Position numbers and translations under genes: made by a program. A stretch of 64,000 nt of DNA, taken from assembly GCA_021787395.1 (NCBI GenBank), contig JAJYLZ010000009.1:2639-66638 (forward strand), given 5' to 3'. The notes under the pieces were generated by a model. That model had not been told where the DNA came from, ran no database searches, and was given only the letters and a program-made list of their open reading frames with translations. Position 1 is the stretch's first letter; each line of letters begins with the position of its first letter. The stretch comes from Chloroflexota bacterium (GTDB taxonomy: Bacteria > Chloroflexota > Limnocylindria > Limnocylindrales > CSP1-4). Positions 20,068 to 31,598 of this stretch are shown here, in pieces.

Positions 20068-22425
20068 TCAGGACGCGGCGCGGGCGGCGGCCCGGGCCGA
20101 CGACGGGGACGTGACGGCGGGGCGAACCCGGAAGCGCCGGAGCCGCAGGGCGTTGGAGACGACGGTGACCGACGAGGCAGCCATCGCGGCAGCGGCGAAG
20201 ATCGGGTCGAGCAGCATCCCGTTGACCGGGTAGAGGACGCCCATCGCGATCGGGATGAGGATGACGTTGTAGCCGAAGGCCCAGACCAGGTTCTGGCGGA
20301 TGTTCCGCATGGTCGCATTGGACAGCGAGATGGCCGTGACGAGGCCCCGCAGGTCGCCCGACATGAGCGTCACGCCAGCCGATTCCATCGCGACGTCGGT
20401 CCCGGTGCCCATGGCCACGCCGACGTCGGCGGACGCGAGCGCGGGGGCGTCGTTCACGCCGTCGCCGACCATGGCCACGACCATGCCCTCGGCCTGGAGC
20501 GCCTTGACCGCGGCGGCCTTGCCGTCGGGCCGGACGTCCGCGACGACCCGGTCGATGCCGGCCGTGCGGGCGATCGCCTCGGCGGTCCGCCGGTTGTCGC
20601 CGGTGAGCATCGTCACCAGGATCCCGAGGCGGTGCAACTCGGCGACCGCCTCGACCGAACCCGCCTTGAGCGTGTCGGCGATCGCGATGACCGCGGCCCC
20701 ACGCCCGTCGACCGCGGCGAAGACCGGCGTCTTGCCGTCGGCGGCGAGGGCGTCGGCGGCGCCCGTCAGCCCGGAGACGTCCACACCGACCGACTGGAGG
20801 AAGCCCGGTCGCCCGACGACGACCTGCCGGCCGCCCACTGCGGCGGTGACCCCCCCGCCGGCGACCGCGAGGAAGTCGGCCGCCTCGGCGAGCGTGAGGC
20901 CCCGGGCCCCGGTCGCCTCGCGGACGATCGCATCGGCGAGCGGGTGCTCCGAGCCGCGCTCGGCGGCCGCGACGAGGGCGAGGATCTCGTCCTCGCGCAG
21001 GGCGCCTTGCGCGACGACCACGTCAGTCACGCGCGGCTTGCCCTCGGTGAGGGTGCCGGTCTTGTCGAGGACCACCGCCCTCACCGAGCCGAGCCGCTCG
21101 AGCGCCTCCGCGCTGCGGAACAGGACCCCGTTCTCGGCGCCCTTGCCGGTGCCGACCATGATCGAGGTCGGGGTGGCCAGGCCCAGGGCGCAGGGGCAGG
21201 CGATGATCAGGACCGCGACCGTGTTGAGCAGCGCCATGTTGAACGCGGGCTGCGGCCCGAGGGCGAACCACACGACGAAGGTCAGCACGGCAAGGAGGAG
21301 CACCGCCGGCACGAAGTACCCGGTCACGACGTCGGCGAGGCGCTGGATCGGGGCGCGGCTGCCCTGCGCCTCGGACACGAGGCGGATGATCTTGGCGAGC
21401 ACCGTGTCGGCGCCGACGCGCGTCGCCCGGAACGTGAGGGTGCCCGTTGTGTTGAGCGTGCCGCCGACGACGAGGTCGTCGGCGCGCTTGGCGACCGGCA
21501 GGCTCTCGCCGGTGATCATCGACTCGTCCACGCCCGAGGCGCCCTCGGTGACCACGCCGTCGACCGCGACCGTCTCGCCGGGGCGGACGCGCACGAGGTC
21601 GCCGACGCGGACCTGCGCGATCTCGACGTCGGTCTCCGCGCCGTCGCGGATGACGCGCGCGGTGCGTGGCGCGAGGTTGATGAGCTTGCGGATGGCGTCG
21701 GAGGTGTGGCTGCGGGCGCGCGCCTCGAGGAACCGGCCCAGCAGGATGAGCGCGATGATCGCCGCGCTCGTGTCGAAGTACATCGGCAGCGCCCCGCCGT
21801 CCATGCCCAGGCCCGCGGCGCGGAAGAAGCCGGGGAACGCGATCGTCGCGACGCTGTAGAGGTACGCCGCGGACGTGCCGACGGCGATGAGCGTGTTCAT
21901 GTCGGCGCTCTTGTGCCGCAGGGCCTTCCAGGCGCCGGCGTAGAAGACCGAGCCCGCCCAGAACTGGACCGGCGTGGCGAGCGCGAGCTGGAACCACGGG
22001 TTGGTGAAGACGGCGGGGATCCCGGGCAGCACGGCCATTCGCGCGAGGCCCACGATGAGCGGCAGCGTCAGCAGGGCGGCGACCGCGAGTCGCCGGCGCA
22101 GATTGGCTGCGTGCCTGGCGGCTGCCTCGTCGCGCTCGGCCTTCGCGGCGGCGGCCTCGGTGACGTCCGCCGCGTGGTCCGCTGTCGCCGCCTGCTCGAG
22201 GCGCGCCACGTAGCCCGCGGCGTCGACGGCCGCGACGAGCTCGGCAACGTCCACGCGAGTCGGGTCGTAGCGAACGGTCGCGGACTCGGACGCGAGGTTG
22301 ACGCTCGCCTCGTCGACACCGTCCACCTTGTTCAGGAACCGCGTGATGCGGTTGACGCACGAGGCGCAGGTCATACCCTCGACGGGGAACGACACGATCT
22401 CGATCGGGGCGGAAGGGGTGGTCAT
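20068..22425 (-). CDS. copA: Cu(I)-translocating P1B-1 ATPase
   Basis: [27 protein letters not shown]. Confidence 0.95.
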   Translation of the reverse strand: MTTPSAPIEIVSFPVEGMTCASCVNRITRFLNKVDGVDEASVNLASESATVRYDPTRVDVAELVAAVDAAGYVARLEQAATADHAADVTEAAAAKAERDEAAARHAANLRRRLAVAALLTLPLIVGLARMAVLPGIPAVFTNPWFQLALATPVQFWAGSVFYAGAWKALRHKSADMNTLIAVGTSAAYLYSVATIAFPGFFRAAGLGMDGGALPMYFDTSAAIIALILLGRFLEARARSHTSDAIRKLINLAPRTARVIRDGAETDVEIAQVRVGDLVRVRPGETVAVDGVVTEGASGVDESMITGESLPVAKRADDLVVGGTLNTTGTLTFRATRVGADTVLAKIIRLVSEAQGSRAPIQRLADVVTGYFVPAVLLLAVLTFVVWFALGPQPAFNMALLNTVAVLIIACPCALGLATPTSIMVGTGKGAENGVLFRSAEALERLGSVRAVVLDKTGTLTEGKPRVTDVVVAQGALREDEILALVAAAERGSEHPLADAIVREATGARGLTLAEAADFLAVAGGGVTAAVGGRQVVVGRPGFLQSVGVDVSGLTGAADALAADGKTPVFAAVDGRGAAVIAIADTLKAGSVEAVAELHRLGILVTMLTGDNRRTAEAIARTAGIDRVVADVRPDGKAAAVKALQAEGMVVAMVGDGVNDAPALASADVGVAMGTGTDVAMESAGVTLMSGDLRGLVTAISLSNATMRNIRQNLVWAFGYNVILIPIAMGVLYPVNGMLLDPIFAAAAMAASSVTVVSNALRLRRFRVRPAVTSPSSARAAARAAS

Positions 22426-22439
22426 CTGCAGGCTCCAAT

Positions 22440-22456
22440 ATACTCCTGGGGAGTAT
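22440..22456. promoter_or_regulatory. CsoR/RicR-type operator of copA
   Basis: ATACTCCTGGGGAGTAT, 14 nt before the ATG. Confidence 0.7.
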
Positions 22457-22481
22457 TGTACACGCGCGTCAAGCGCAGCCG

Positions 22482-24305
22482 TCAGGTGTGTCGCGGCGGT
22501 CGGGTGGCTGCGTCGCCGGACTCGTCGAGGTATGGGGCGGAGCCCCCTGACTTCGCGGCAGCCGGGGCGGGCGCGTGCGCCGACTGGTCGGCCAGCAGCG
22601 TCCGCGCCGCAAGCTGCGACGACGCGGCTCCCGCTGTGGGCACCGACCTCGCCCCCGCAGGGGCAGCGGCGGACGGAGGGGCATCCGCGGGCTTCGGGAC
22701 AACGGTGATCTGGGCGGCGTACATCCCCATCGCGCAGGTGTAGCGCAGCACCCCGGCGGGCAGCGGGGGCAGGGCGAACGTGTTCGGGCCCTTGTGGAGG
22801 CTGGACCGGATGTCCACGCCCGGAGCGAAGATGGACGCCGCGCAGGTGCTGGTGTTCGACGAGACCACGGTCCACTCGACCGGATATCCCGCGTAGATCG
22901 TCACGTTCGACGGGCTGTAGCCGCCGGCGTCCTGGCGGGTGGTTATCCGCTCCACGCCGTCGGCGCCCACGACCGACGGGTCGACGGCGGCAGCCCGTGC
23001 CGCGCCCACGACCGAGGGAAGCGCGAACCCGGACAGCCGGAGCCCGGCGCCGCCGTTGAGCGCCGCGAAGCCGATCACGACGATGCCGACGAGGCGCAGC
23101 AGCGTGGGCTTGGCCCGCGACGGGACGACCAGCGGGAGCCCCGCCAGCGCGAGCAGCCCGGGCGCGGTTCCCAGCGCGAAGACGCCGAGCAGGACGGCGG
23201 CGTAGGCGGGCGACCCGGTCGAGAGAGCGAAGATCTGGATCGCCTGCGTGAAACCGCAGGGCAGGAAGAACGAGAGCGCGCCGAGGGTCGCCGCGCGGCG
23301 GTCGGAGTAGGCGCCGGTTCCGCCTTCGCCCGACAGTCCGAGCAGGTGGCCGAGACTCGTCGGGAGGGTCGGCGACCAGCCCGCCAGGCGCGGCGACAGG
23401 CCGGTGAGGCGCGCGCCGAGGAGCAGCATCACGACCGCGACGCCCAACATCAGCGCCGCCGTCAGCTGCGGCGGCATCGAGACCGACGCGCCGAGGACGC
23501 CGAGCAGGGCGCCGAGGGCCGTGTAGCCGACGATCCGGCCGCCGACAAGGACGAGCGCCGGGCGCATCTGCGCGGCCCGGCCCGTGCCCGCGGGCCTGCC
23601 GGCCTGGTAGGAGGCGGAGAGCCCGAGGACGAGGCCGCCGACGAGGGCCATGCACGTGGACACGCCTGCGGCGAGCCCGAGGAGCATGGCGACCAGCACG
23701 CCGCCCCTGCTGATGTCGCCCGCCGAGTTCGCGAGGTCGCCGATGCCGCTGAGCTGCGCGGCGATCGCGAGGCCGAGGACCACCACGACGCCGAAGCCCG
23801 CCGTGCCCCAGACGACCGGGTCCGTCGCGAGCCAGGAGTCGCGGCCGACCTCGTAGCCGGCGCTGCCGATCGCCGACATGATGGACGCCGCCGAGACGGG
23901 GGACAGGCACTCGACGACGACCTCGCCCTTGGCCGCGGAGGCGCTGACGTGCGCGACGCCGGGGAGTCGGCCCACGAACCTGCCGATGCGCGCCTCGCAG
24001 GAGCGGCAGGTCATGCCCTTCATGGGAAACGCCATCGAGGTCGTGCCGGCAGCGGTCACAGACCGCCTCGGGGCGACGGGCCGCTGGCGCAGGCCCATGC
24101 GGATCTCGCGCATCTCGACCGCGCGGCGGTGGAGCTCCCCCGCCTCGTCGAGGGGCTCGACGGCGACCGCGGCCCCCGGCTGCAAGGCGTCCGCCCGGAG
24201 GCGGCGGTCTCGGCGCGCCTCGGCGCCGGATCGGCTCTCGCGAGCAGACGCCGGTGCCGCGCTCGGGACGCGGGCTCGGGCGGAGCTTGGGCCGCGGGAC
24301 ATCAC
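22482..24305 (-). CDS. HMA + TauE/SafE(DsbD_2)-like membrane domain + cupredoxin fusion (start uncertain)
   Basis: [35 protein letters not shown]. Confidence 0.85.
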   Translation of the reverse strand: MMSRGPSSARARVPSAAPASARESRSGAEARRDRRLRADALQPGAAVAVEPLDEAGELHRRAVEMREIRMGLRQRPVAPRRSVTAAGTTSMAFPMKGMTCRSCEARIGRFVGRLPGVAHVSASAAKGEVVVECLSPVSAASIMSAIGSAGYEVGRDSWLATDPVVWGTAGFGVVVVLGLAIAAQLSGIGDLANSAGDISRGGVLVAMLLGLAAGVSTCMALVGGLVLGLSASYQAGRPAGTGRAAQMRPALVLVGGRIVGYTALGALLGVLGASVSMPPQLTAALMLGVAVVMLLLGARLTGLSPRLAGWSPTLPTSLGHLLGLSGEGGTGAYSDRRAATLGALSFFLPCGFTQAIQIFALSTGSPAYAAVLLGVFALGTAPGLLALAGLPLVVPSRAKPTLLRLVGIVVIGFAALNGGAGLRLSGFALPSVVGAARAAAVDPSVVGADGVERITTRQDAGGYSPSNVTIYAGYPVEWTVVSSNTSTCAASIFAPGVDIRSSLHKGPNTFALPPLPAGVLRYTCAMGMYAAQITVVPKPADAPPSAAAPAGARSVPTAGAASSQLAARTLLADQSAHAPAPAAAKSGGSAPYLDESGDAATRPPRHT

Positions 24306-24357
24306 GACGCCGGCTCGTCGCCGTCGACGGGGCGGACGGCGATCACAACGAGAAGGA

Positions 24358-24651
24358 TCACCGGCGGCCCAGAAGCCGCTCGAGCAGGCCGCGGTCAGAA
24401 CCCTCCGGCAGCTCCTCGGCCGAGTCGAGGTCCGCCTCGTAGCCGGCGGCGGCGACCGCCGCCGCGAGCGCCCCGTCGGGGGCGCGGGAGGGCTCGCGGC
24501 GGACGGTCGCGGTCTCTCGGCGGAGGTCGACGGACACCTTCGCGACCCCGGGGACTCTCGAGACCGAGCGGACGATGCGGCTGACGCAGGAGCCGCAGGT
24601 CATGTCCCGCACCGGGAAGCGCACGACCTGGAGCTCGGCCGGGGCGCTCAC
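24358..24651 (-). CDS. HMA-domain copper chaperone (CopZ-like)
   Basis: DMTCGSCV...AAGYE; GTG overlaps the upstream TGA. Confidence 0.82.
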   Translation of the reverse strand: MSAPAELQVVRFPVRDMTCGSCVSRIVRSVSRVPGVAKVSVDLRRETATVRREPSRAPDGALAAAVAAAGYEADLDSAEELPEGSDRGLLERLLGRR

Positions 24652-25502
24652 ATCGACACCATCAGGCCGAAGCTCATCGCGATGATCGCGAGCGCGATCC
24701 CGGCCTTGACCCACGGCGAGTTGGCGCGGTTCCAGCGGCCAACCTGGCCGAGCACCCGACGGTTGCTCACCGCGAGCAGCATCGCGACGAGCGGGACGAT
24801 GAACGCGATGTTGTACAGCGCGAGGAGGGCGAGCCCGGTGGGCCCGCCGCCCGAGGCGTGCAGGACCGCCGTGATCTGGAGGTACATCGCGCCGGAGCAG
24901 GGCACCGTGCAGATGCCGACGAGGACGCCGGCGAGCAACATGCCGCCCAGCCCGCCCCGCTCCATGGCCTTGCGCATGCGGCCGTGCGTGCCCGAGGGCG
25001 CCATCATCGACGGCCCGACGCCCGGCAGGAGCACGTCCTTGAGCATCCAGAGGGCCATGACGAGCGCGACGACCGAGGCCACGCGGGCGACGAGGTGGTC
25101 GCGCCCCATCCAGCCCAGGAAGCTGAGCAGGCCTACCCCGATCACGAAGTAGGTGACGAACACGGCGCCCACGTACAGCGAGCCTGCGCCGAGCAGGCGC
25201 CGCCGGGCCTCGGCCGTCGGCGAGCCGTTCGCGGTCACGGCGTTCACGAGCGTCAGCGTGAACGTGGCGAACAGGACCAGCAGGGCGAAGGCGCACGGGT
25301 TGAAGCCGTCGAGGAACCCTGCGGCGAGGACCGCGGGGATCGTGAGGCCACCGAACGCGGCGGACTCGAACGGCACCGCGAGCACGTACAGGGAGGCCGT
25401 CGCCCCGACGACGGCGAGCATCGCGGCGAGGAGGAGGGCGGGCAGGGGCCAGCCGGCGATCGTGCGGTGGGAGGGCAGCGGGCCCGCGGCCGGGGCGGTC
25501 AC
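24648..25502 (-). CDS. CcdA/DsbD-like transmembrane thiol electron transporter
   Basis: GFLDGFNPCAF...CTVPCSGAMY. Confidence 0.85.
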   Translation of the reverse strand: MTAPAAGPLPSHRTIAGWPLPALLLAAMLAVVGATASLYVLAVPFESAAFGGLTIPAVLAAGFLDGFNPCAFALLVLFATFTLTLVNAVTANGSPTAEARRRLLGAGSLYVGAVFVTYFVIGVGLLSFLGWMGRDHLVARVASVVALVMALWMLKDVLLPGVGPSMMAPSGTHGRMRKAMERGGLGGMLLAGVLVGICTVPCSGAMYLQITAVLHASGGGPTGLALLALYNIAFIVPLVAMLLAVSNRRVLGQVGRWNRANSPWVKAGIALAIIAMSFGLMVSM

Positions 25503-26071
25503 CCGACGGTCCCCGGCACGGCGGCCGGCGCCGCCTTCACGACGATCTTGCCGTGCATCTGGGGGGCGTCCTTGCCGCCGCAGCACGAGTCGCAGTACAC
25601 GTCGTACGTGCCCGGCTTGTCCGGCACCGTCCACGTGAGCAGGCGCGTGCTCTCGGCGGGCAGCTCCTCGTGGAGGCCGAGGTCGGGCGAGACCATCGTG
25701 TGGACGCCGTTCGTCAGGTGCGGTGCCGCGTCCTGCGTCCACCACTTGAGGGTGACGGTCTGTCCGGCCGTGACGTCGATCTCGGACGGCGTGAAGCCCG
25801 CCATCGAGCTCTGGACGTCGATGATCCCGCTCGACGCCGCGTCCGCGGGCCGCCGCAGGAAGTCCCCGAAGGCGAGATAGCCGCCCACAGCGAGCACGGC
25901 CACGACGATCCCTCCGAAGGCCAGCTTGCGGAGCTTGTCCAGGCGGGCGGCGCGCTCGCGCTGGGCGCGGCGGGCGTCACGCCGGGCGACCACGACCTGG
26001 TGGAGGGCCTCGCGCTCCTGCCCCCTGCGCTCGCGGCGCGAGGCGGGCGGCTGCGGTTCGTGGTCAGTCAT
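25499..26071 (-). CDS. Membrane-anchored cupredoxin with CxxCCG motif
   Basis: GFTPSEI.V, GVH, PGTYDVYCDSCCGGKDAPQMHG. Confidence 0.85.
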   Translation of the reverse strand: MTDHEPQPPASRRERRGQEREALHQVVVARRDARRAQRERAARLDKLRKLAFGGIVVAVLAVGGYLAFGDFLRRPADAASSGIIDVQSSMAGFTPSEIDVTAGQTVTLKWWTQDAAPHLTNGVHTMVSPDLGLHEELPAESTRLLTWTVPDKPGTYDVYCDSCCGGKDAPQMHGKIVVKAAPAAVPGTVG

Positions 26072-26333
26072 GGTGGGCCTCCTGGCGGCGGGCGGCGCGG
26101 CGGCGCGCCGATGCGTGATGGGGCGGCGGGTCCTCGTCGAGGGCGGCGACGGCGCGCCGGTACTCCTCCTCGCTGATCTCGCCCCGGGCGAAGCGGTCGC
26201 GGAGGATCCCTGCGGGGTCGGGGTGGCGGGCGCGCCGGGGCTCGCGGACGAGGAGCCAGACGACCAAGGCCATGACGAGCACCCACGCGCCGATCCAGAC
26301 CCAGGCGTCCATCCCCATCTGCCAGCCCGTCAT
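26064..26333 (-). CDS. SHOCT-domain membrane protein
   Basis: TM then ILRDRFARGEISEEEY. Confidence 0.8.
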   Translation of the reverse strand: MTGWQMGMDAWVWIGAWVLVMALVVWLLVREPRRARHPDPAGILRDRFARGEISEEEYRRAVAALDEDPPPHHASARRRAARRQEAHHD

Positions 26334-26419
26334 GCCGAGCCTCCCTGTCGCCGGCCGGCAGACCGCCGGTCCTGGACGAGGATCCGGCGCCGCGACTGGG
26401 AGGGCCATGGAGGGACGGG

Positions 26420-26497
26420 CAAGCGTTGGTCAAGAGTCGATCAACGCAAGACCCTGCGCCCGGCCGACACTCTCACCTCCCACTCACCTCCTGCTCA
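26420..26497. promoter_or_regulatory. Back-to-back 11-bp-period arrays in a divergent intergenic region
   Basis: CAAG/CAAG/CAAC at 26420/26431/26442 (class B); CTCA at 26472/26483/26494 (class A). Confidence 0.6.
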
Positions 26498-26584
26498 GGA
26501 GTCGGCTCGACGATGCGGAGGCATCAGCGCGTGCCAACAGCGTGCGGCATAGGCCATCGCGCACGCTCCCGCGAGGAGGGCCCG

Positions 26585-27060
26585 ATGTCACCGGCGTCTT
26601 GGCTGCTCTGGGGGCACTTGCTGGCGACCGTCGTCTTCGTCGGCTACTACGTCCTTCTGGCCGTCGTCGTGATCCCGGCCGTCGCCCGTGTCCTGGGCGA
26701 CGGCGCTGCCGACCGCATGCCGGCGGGCCCGCTGCTGGCGGCCATCGAGCGGCGCGCGCTGCCGCTGCTTCTGGCCTCGCTCGGCATCTTCCTCGCCACC
26801 GGCGTCGCCCTCCAGACCGCGGACCCGCGGTACCTGGGGCTGGGACAGGTCCGGGGCGCGGGGCGGGCCTGCTGCTCGTGAGGCACCTTGTGGTGGTGGC
26901 GATGCTCGCGGTCGGCTCGCTGCTCGACGGCTTGCTGGTCCGGGCGGGGCGAGACGACCAGTCGCCGGTGCCGGAGGCACCTCTCGTCTGGACGGCACGC
27001 GCCCAGGCCGCGCTCGGGACGGTGGTCCTCCTCATCACGGCGGCGGCCCAGGGAGCCTAA
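26585..27060 (+). CDS. CopD-like membrane protein (frameshift ~26865)
   Basis: WGHLLATVVFVG, LATG, LLVRHLVV; RBS GGAGG; length not a multiple of 3. Confidence 0.65.
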
Positions 27061-27157
27061 CGGAGATCCGAGGTCCTCTGGTCCTCGACCGAACGGACGA
27101 GCGCCATGCTCGGAGTGGCCACCACCTCCGCTCTCGCGGCCGCGCAGCGCGAGTCGC

Positions 27158-28294
27158 CTACTGTTCCCGGGGCCCCACATCGTCGGTTGAACGACGCTCG
27201 CGGATGGCCTGCCACACGCGGACCTGCCGCCCGAGGTCCTCGGCCTCGACATAGCCGAGGCCATCAGTCCCGCGAACGAGCGCGAAGCCATGGCGGGCAA
27301 GCTCCTGGAGGACGTCGACCGCCCCGGCAGTCGGCCCGAGGATCCTGAGCGAGCCCAGCGGCACCATCAGCGCCGCGCACCGGTCGTCCAGCCGGGCGCC
27401 AGCGACGCCCGCGAGCTGGCGGGGCCCGACCGCGCCGGCGATGCCGGCGCCGCCCTCGATCAGCGCGACGGAGGCATCCGTCCGGAGGCGGGCGAGCAGG
27501 CTGGCGACCGGCTCGTCAGGCCCGGCGTTGGTCGTGATGGGCCGGGCGAGGTCGCCCGCCACGTGGCCCGCGAGGAACCTCGCCGTCGCGTCCTGCCGGG
27601 CAGCGAGCTGCCCACCGGTCCACGTCAGGAAGGCGAGCGCAACGCCCAGCGCCAACAGCATGGGGTCGCCGAGGAGCACGGCGCCGAGGACCACCCCGAG
27701 CAGGATCGGCACGCCGACGGCGCGGGCCAGACGAGCGGCGCGCGGCTGGCGCTGATCCGGAGAGGCGCCAGTCGCATCAGCCAGCGCGAGCGCGAGCGCC
27801 CAACCCGGCAAGCCAGGCACCATGACGAGCGCCCCGGCGGCCACGGCGACGTTGACGCCGAGAACAAGGGTGGAGATGGCGTGGGCGGGCGTTGCCGGGT
27901 CCATCGCAACAGCCGCAGACCCCGCAAGGACGCCGAGTGCAGCCGGCCCGACGGCACCAGCCGCGACCGCGGCCAGCCGCCACCGCGCTCCGACGTCTGG
28001 CGACGTGAGCGGATCCGGGCCGGTGCCGAGCAGAACGATCGGCTCCCTGCTCCCGCCGAGTCGAAGGATCACCCCTCGCAGCACGCGCACAGCCGCGATC
28101 GAGAGTCCCACGGCGTAGAGCATGGCGGCGGTGGTCACCAAGACGCTGAACGGCCCCGCGGTCGGGTCATGCGCCGGCACGTAGAGCAGACCGAGGGCGA
28201 GGCCGGCGAAGACTGCCGACCCAAGCCAGCCTTGGCCGAGCGACAGCCAGCCTGAGGATCCCTCGCGGCGTCCAGAGACGTGGCCCAAGTTCAT
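27158..28294 (-). CDS. Degenerate site-2-protease(M50)-like + CBS-like membrane protein lacking HExxH
   Basis: M50-like TM layout (AAAGAVGP, N..PGLPGW) followed by CBS-like C-terminus; paralog 47501-48649. Confidence 0.55.
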   Translation of the reverse strand: MNLGHVSGRREGSSGWLSLGQGWLGSAVFAGLALGLLYVPAHDPTAGPFSVLVTTAAMLYAVGLSIAAVRVLRGVILRLGGSREPIVLLGTGPDPLTSPDVGARWRLAAVAAGAVGPAALGVLAGSAAVAMDPATPAHAISTLVLGVNVAVAAGALVMVPGLPGWALALALADATGASPDQRQPRAARLARAVGVPILLGVVLGAVLLGDPMLLALGVALAFLTWTGGQLAARQDATARFLAGHVAGDLARPITTNAGPDEPVASLLARLRTDASVALIEGGAGIAGAVGPRQLAGVAGARLDDRCAALMVPLGSLRILGPTAGAVDVLQELARHGFALVRGTDGLGYVEAEDLGRQVRVWQAIRERRSTDDVGPREQ

Positions 28295-28824
28295 GGCGGG
28301 AGCATCGCTCGCGTTGCTGAGCGCCGGGTGAGAACGCGGCGAGGGGTCGGTGAGATCGGCCGGTCAGCCGCGAGTCCCCAGAGACGGCATCGTCAACGAG
28401 CACTTCCGGCGGGCTGCTGGCGGCCGTCGCGGCCTTCACATCGGCGGTACAGGGTGGTCGGCGTTGATGCGATCACCGAGAGCATCGGGGTCGTTCGCAG
28501 GACGCCGGCCCTTGGATCTGTGCTCCGCTGACCGCAATCCTCGACGGGGACCGCATCCCCGGTCGCCTCCAACTGCGCGACCGGCGGTCTCGCCACCTCG
28601 CCTGACCAGGGAAGCGCTCTGACGCGGGCGAGCAACGACACGCGGGCGACACGCGGGCGAGCACGAGGTGCGTCGAGCCATAGAATCGCGACGCGGGCGG
28701 CTGGAGCGACTAGAGCACCCGGACCTTGCACGGGCGCTGCATGCGCGCAGGGTCACCCTCGAGGGAGCACCGTCGACGCGCCATGCAACGGACCTGATCG
28801 ACGAACGAGCTGACGGAATCACCG

Positions 28825-29589
28825 ATGCGCCTGCTTGGCGCGGGCCTCCTCGCCGACGGCGTCCGCCGGATCGCCCGACGCTCGGCGACCCGCCGCGCAC
28901 TCGGCGCATCAATCGTGCTGGGCGTCATCGAGTTCGGAGCCGGGCTCAACATGCTCGAGCGGGCCCCGATCAGCCCCCGAACGCTGTACCGGGTCGTCGC
29001 CCCGGTGTACGACCCGATCATGCCGCTGTGGCGCGACTGGCTGCATCGCGACGCCACCCGGGCCTTCGACGATGCGTTGCGGACCTGGTGCCGGCCCGGG
29101 AGCCACGTGCTTGACCTCGCGTGCGGGACCGGGGCGGTGCTCGAGTGCTTGCTCGCGATCGGCGCGCCGTTGGCGTCGTACACGGGCGTCGACCAGTCGG
29201 CCCCGATGCTGGACCGGGCGCGGGCGAAGTTCGGCGCCATGCCCAACGCAGCATTCGAGCCGCTCGACCTGCGCTCGGGTTCCCTGCCCGCGGGACCCTA
29301 CGACCTCATCGCGTCGGCCTGGGCGCTGGAGCACCTGCCCGATCCCGGGCAGGTGATCGCCTCGGCCGCCGAGCGGCTGCGCCCAGGCGGCGTTCTCGTG
29401 CTGCTGTTCGAGGCCGACGGGAACAGCTGGCGGGAGCGGAGCCTGAGGCGTGTGTGGCGCTTCCTCGCTGTTCGGCTCATCCCTGCGCGAGAGTACGCGG
29501 CCTGGCCCGGCGCGACCTCGATCCAGCGATTCGGTGCGGCGGGTCCCAGCGCCGTCGTGCTGATCGCAGCCCCAACCACAAGCACCTGA
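28825..29589 (+). CDS. Class I SAM-dependent methyltransferase
   Basis: VLDLACGTG, GVDQSAPML, YDLI...LEH, LRPGG. Confidence 0.85.
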   Translation: MRLLGAGLLADGVRRIARRSATRRALGASIVLGVIEFGAGLNMLERAPISPRTLYRVVAPVYDPIMPLWRDWLHRDATRAFDDALRTWCRPGSHVLDLACGTGAVLECLLAIGAPLASYTGVDQSAPMLDRARAKFGAMPNAAFEPLDLRSGSLPAGPYDLIASAWALEHLPDPGQVIASAAERLRPGGVLVLLFEADGNSWRERSLRRVWRFLAVRLIPAREYAAWPGATSIQRFGAAGPSAVVLIAAPTTST

Positions 29590-29611
29590 GCGCGAGCCCT
29601 GGTTGGGCAGG

Positions 29612-29750
29612 TCAGCGGGTCAGGTCGCGGCGTCGCACGCCCCACGCGCCGGCGGCCAGGCCACCGACTGCAAGCAGGATCGCGACGCCCATGCCGGCGA
29701 GGTCCGACTCGCGAGCATCGGTTCGGAGATGACGTGGCTGGACAGGAAGG
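29612..29750 (-). pseudogene. C-terminal remnant of an ABC-2-type permease
   Basis: AGMGVAILLAVGGLAAGAWGVRRRDLTR* typical permease end; no intact upstream part. Confidence 0.35.
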
Positions 29751-30091
29751 CCGTCCGGCCCTCGGCCGTGCGTATGAAACGGCGGGGCCGGCACTAGGGC
29801 CGGCCCCGCCGCTACGAACCCGGCGGGGGGAGAGCCGGGCGCGGAGGGAGGATGGCGACGGGACGCCCGAGGGGCGCCCGGTCGTTCTGATTGACGGGCG
29901 AAGGCGGGCCCGAGGTGGCTCGGTCGCCGGCGTCCGGTGTGATCTCGTTGCCTGTCACGGCGGATCATGTTGCGTCCGGCTGAGAGGAACGTGCGCGGCG
30001 GCTAAGAAGTGCAGCGACCGGGATCGCCGGCGATCTCCGCCTCCCACGGCGGTGGAGGTCGGGCGCCGGGCGGCGCTGACACGCGAACGTT

Positions 30092-30128
30092 CTCAGCGAG
30101 GCATCAGGTCGCGTTCAGGGAGGGTTCA
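30092..30128 (+). promoter_or_regulatory. 11-bp-period operator array (class A)
   Basis: CTCA 30092, ATCA 30103, TTCA 30114, TTCA 30125. Confidence 0.6.
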
Positions 30129-30297
30129 CGCTGGCCCACCATCCTGTAGCCAATGGCCGGCGGGCTGGAGCGGGTTCGCCCCTCGCCCCGGGACGCGGCC
30201 AGGCTCCAACGGCGCGCTGTCCAGTCGGGACGACAACCTGGCGCGGACGGCGTCCGCATTCGGAGGGCGACTCAGGGACTGGGCGAGGAGACACGAA

Positions 30298-30915
30298 ATG
30301 AACGCAACACAGCACCCGGCGACGAGCGGGCCGGCATCTTGGACCCATCCGGCACCCGCGGGAGTCCCGTGGCGCCGCTGGGCCGCTGGCGCCCTGGCGG
30401 TCGCCGGCCTGGTGGCAGCGATCCTGCTGCTGGCCGCGCTTGCCAACCGGCCACCTGTGCCGGGCGCGACTGCGCAGGGCATCCTCAGCGACCCAGGGGC
30501 ATACATGGGCGAGCGCGTCGCGGCCAGCGGGCGCGTCGAGGAGCTGCTCACGCATCGCGCCCTGACACTCGCGGGCGGACCAACGCAGGACCCGCTGCTC
30601 GTTCTGGTCGAGGAGCCGGCCGTGGTCAACGCCTACGCCGAGGACGGCGGGGGGACGCTGACCGGCTATGTCCCGGACGCGCACGGGCCACTGTATCGCC
30701 CGCAGACGCTCGTCCGGCTCACCGGGACGGTCGAGCGGTTCGATCGCGCGACGCTGGCGAGCCAGCTCGACATCGTCCTCGACGCGCGGCTGTTCGGGTC
30801 GTATGAGGGCAAGCCGGTCCTCGTCGTCGACCAGCTCGACGCCAGCAGCCTCGTGGGCGTGCAGCCGGCAGGCGCGGTGCCGTCGACGGAGCCGACCGCC
30901 CCGACGGCCCGGTAG
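30298..30915 (+). CDS. Membrane-anchored hypothetical protein (possible OB-fold)
   Basis: RBS GAGGAG; TM; DPGAYMGERVAASGRV...VRLTGTVERF. Confidence 0.7.
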   Translation: MNATQHPATSGPASWTHPAPAGVPWRRWAAGALAVAGLVAAILLLAALANRPPVPGATAQGILSDPGAYMGERVAASGRVEELLTHRALTLAGGPTQDPLLVLVEEPAVVNAYAEDGGGTLTGYVPDAHGPLYRPQTLVRLTGTVERFDRATLASQLDIVLDARLFGSYEGKPVLVVDQLDASSLVGVQPAGAVPSTEPTAPTAR

Positions 30916-31014
30916 CACGACTGGCGCGGTCAACCGCGGCGCGACTGCCTCATCAGTTGACCACGCTGGGCCAGCGCGTCGCACACCATTCGCTCGTGGC
31001 TCCAGACTCGCTCC

Positions 31015-31353
31015 TCAGCGCTGTCCGCCGGGATGGCGCTTGGCCGGGTTCCGAGGTCGACGATGGGGCGTCGCCCCGTTCGCGATGGCGCGCCACGCGG
31101 CGAGCGCCCCAGCACTGATGGTGGCGCGGTTCGCCTCGTCGCACTCGTCGAGGCCGCAGGGGTCCGTCTGCCCCGAGAGGTAGCGGTCCGGGTCGGCCTC
31201 GAAGCGAGCCAGGCAGCCGAGACAGCGAAAGCGCAGCGCGCGCCCCCGCCATGCGACCGCGACGCCCTCGTCGTCCTTCAGCTCGTTGCCGCAGACCGGA
31301 CAGCGGTCCGCGGGCTGGGGCTGGCCAGGGCTGTTGCCTCGCTGCCCGCTCAT
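31015..31353 (-). CDS. YHS/TRASH-like protein
   Basis: CPVCG...RALRFRCLGCLARFEADPDRY; C-terminus possibly frameshifted (SEWC occurs in another frame). Confidence 0.65.
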   Translation of the reverse strand: MSGQRGNSPGQPQPADRCPVCGNELKDDEGVAVAWRGRALRFRCLGCLARFEADPDRYLSGQTDPCGLDECDEANRATISAGALAAWRAIANGATPHRRPRNPAKRHPGGQR

Positions 31354-31598
31354 GTCCACCCGCTCGCCCGCACGGGGGCACGCCTTCCGGCGCAGCAGCT
31401 GCTGCTGTGACCGGCGAGGAACTGGACGGGGTCTGCCATGAGGCGCGGCGGGCAGCCGGCGTCCCGGGGCCGTGGGGCCGGGCCGCGGCGTCGTGCCGTC
31501 GGGCGCGGCGCCTCGCGGAGGGCGCCTCCGCCTGCGACATGCTCCCCCGCATGGGGACTGAGCGAGTCGAGGAGCACAGGCTCGGATGCCATGATCAT
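31350..31598 (-). CDS. Degenerate YHS-like small protein
   Basis: RBS GGAGG; CPPRLMADPVQFLAGHSSSCC...ASGWT; ATGA coupling with the next gene. Confidence 0.45.
   Translation of the reverse strand: MIMASEPVLLDSLSPHAGEHVAGGGALREAPRPTARRRGPAPRPRDAGCPPRLMADPVQFLAGHSSSCCAGRRAPVRASGWT

Noticed and set aside
20068-23910. 1280-aa giant ATPase ORF
   Set aside because: The upstream part is an alternative frame of the TauE-like gene; CopA starts at 22425 after its operator
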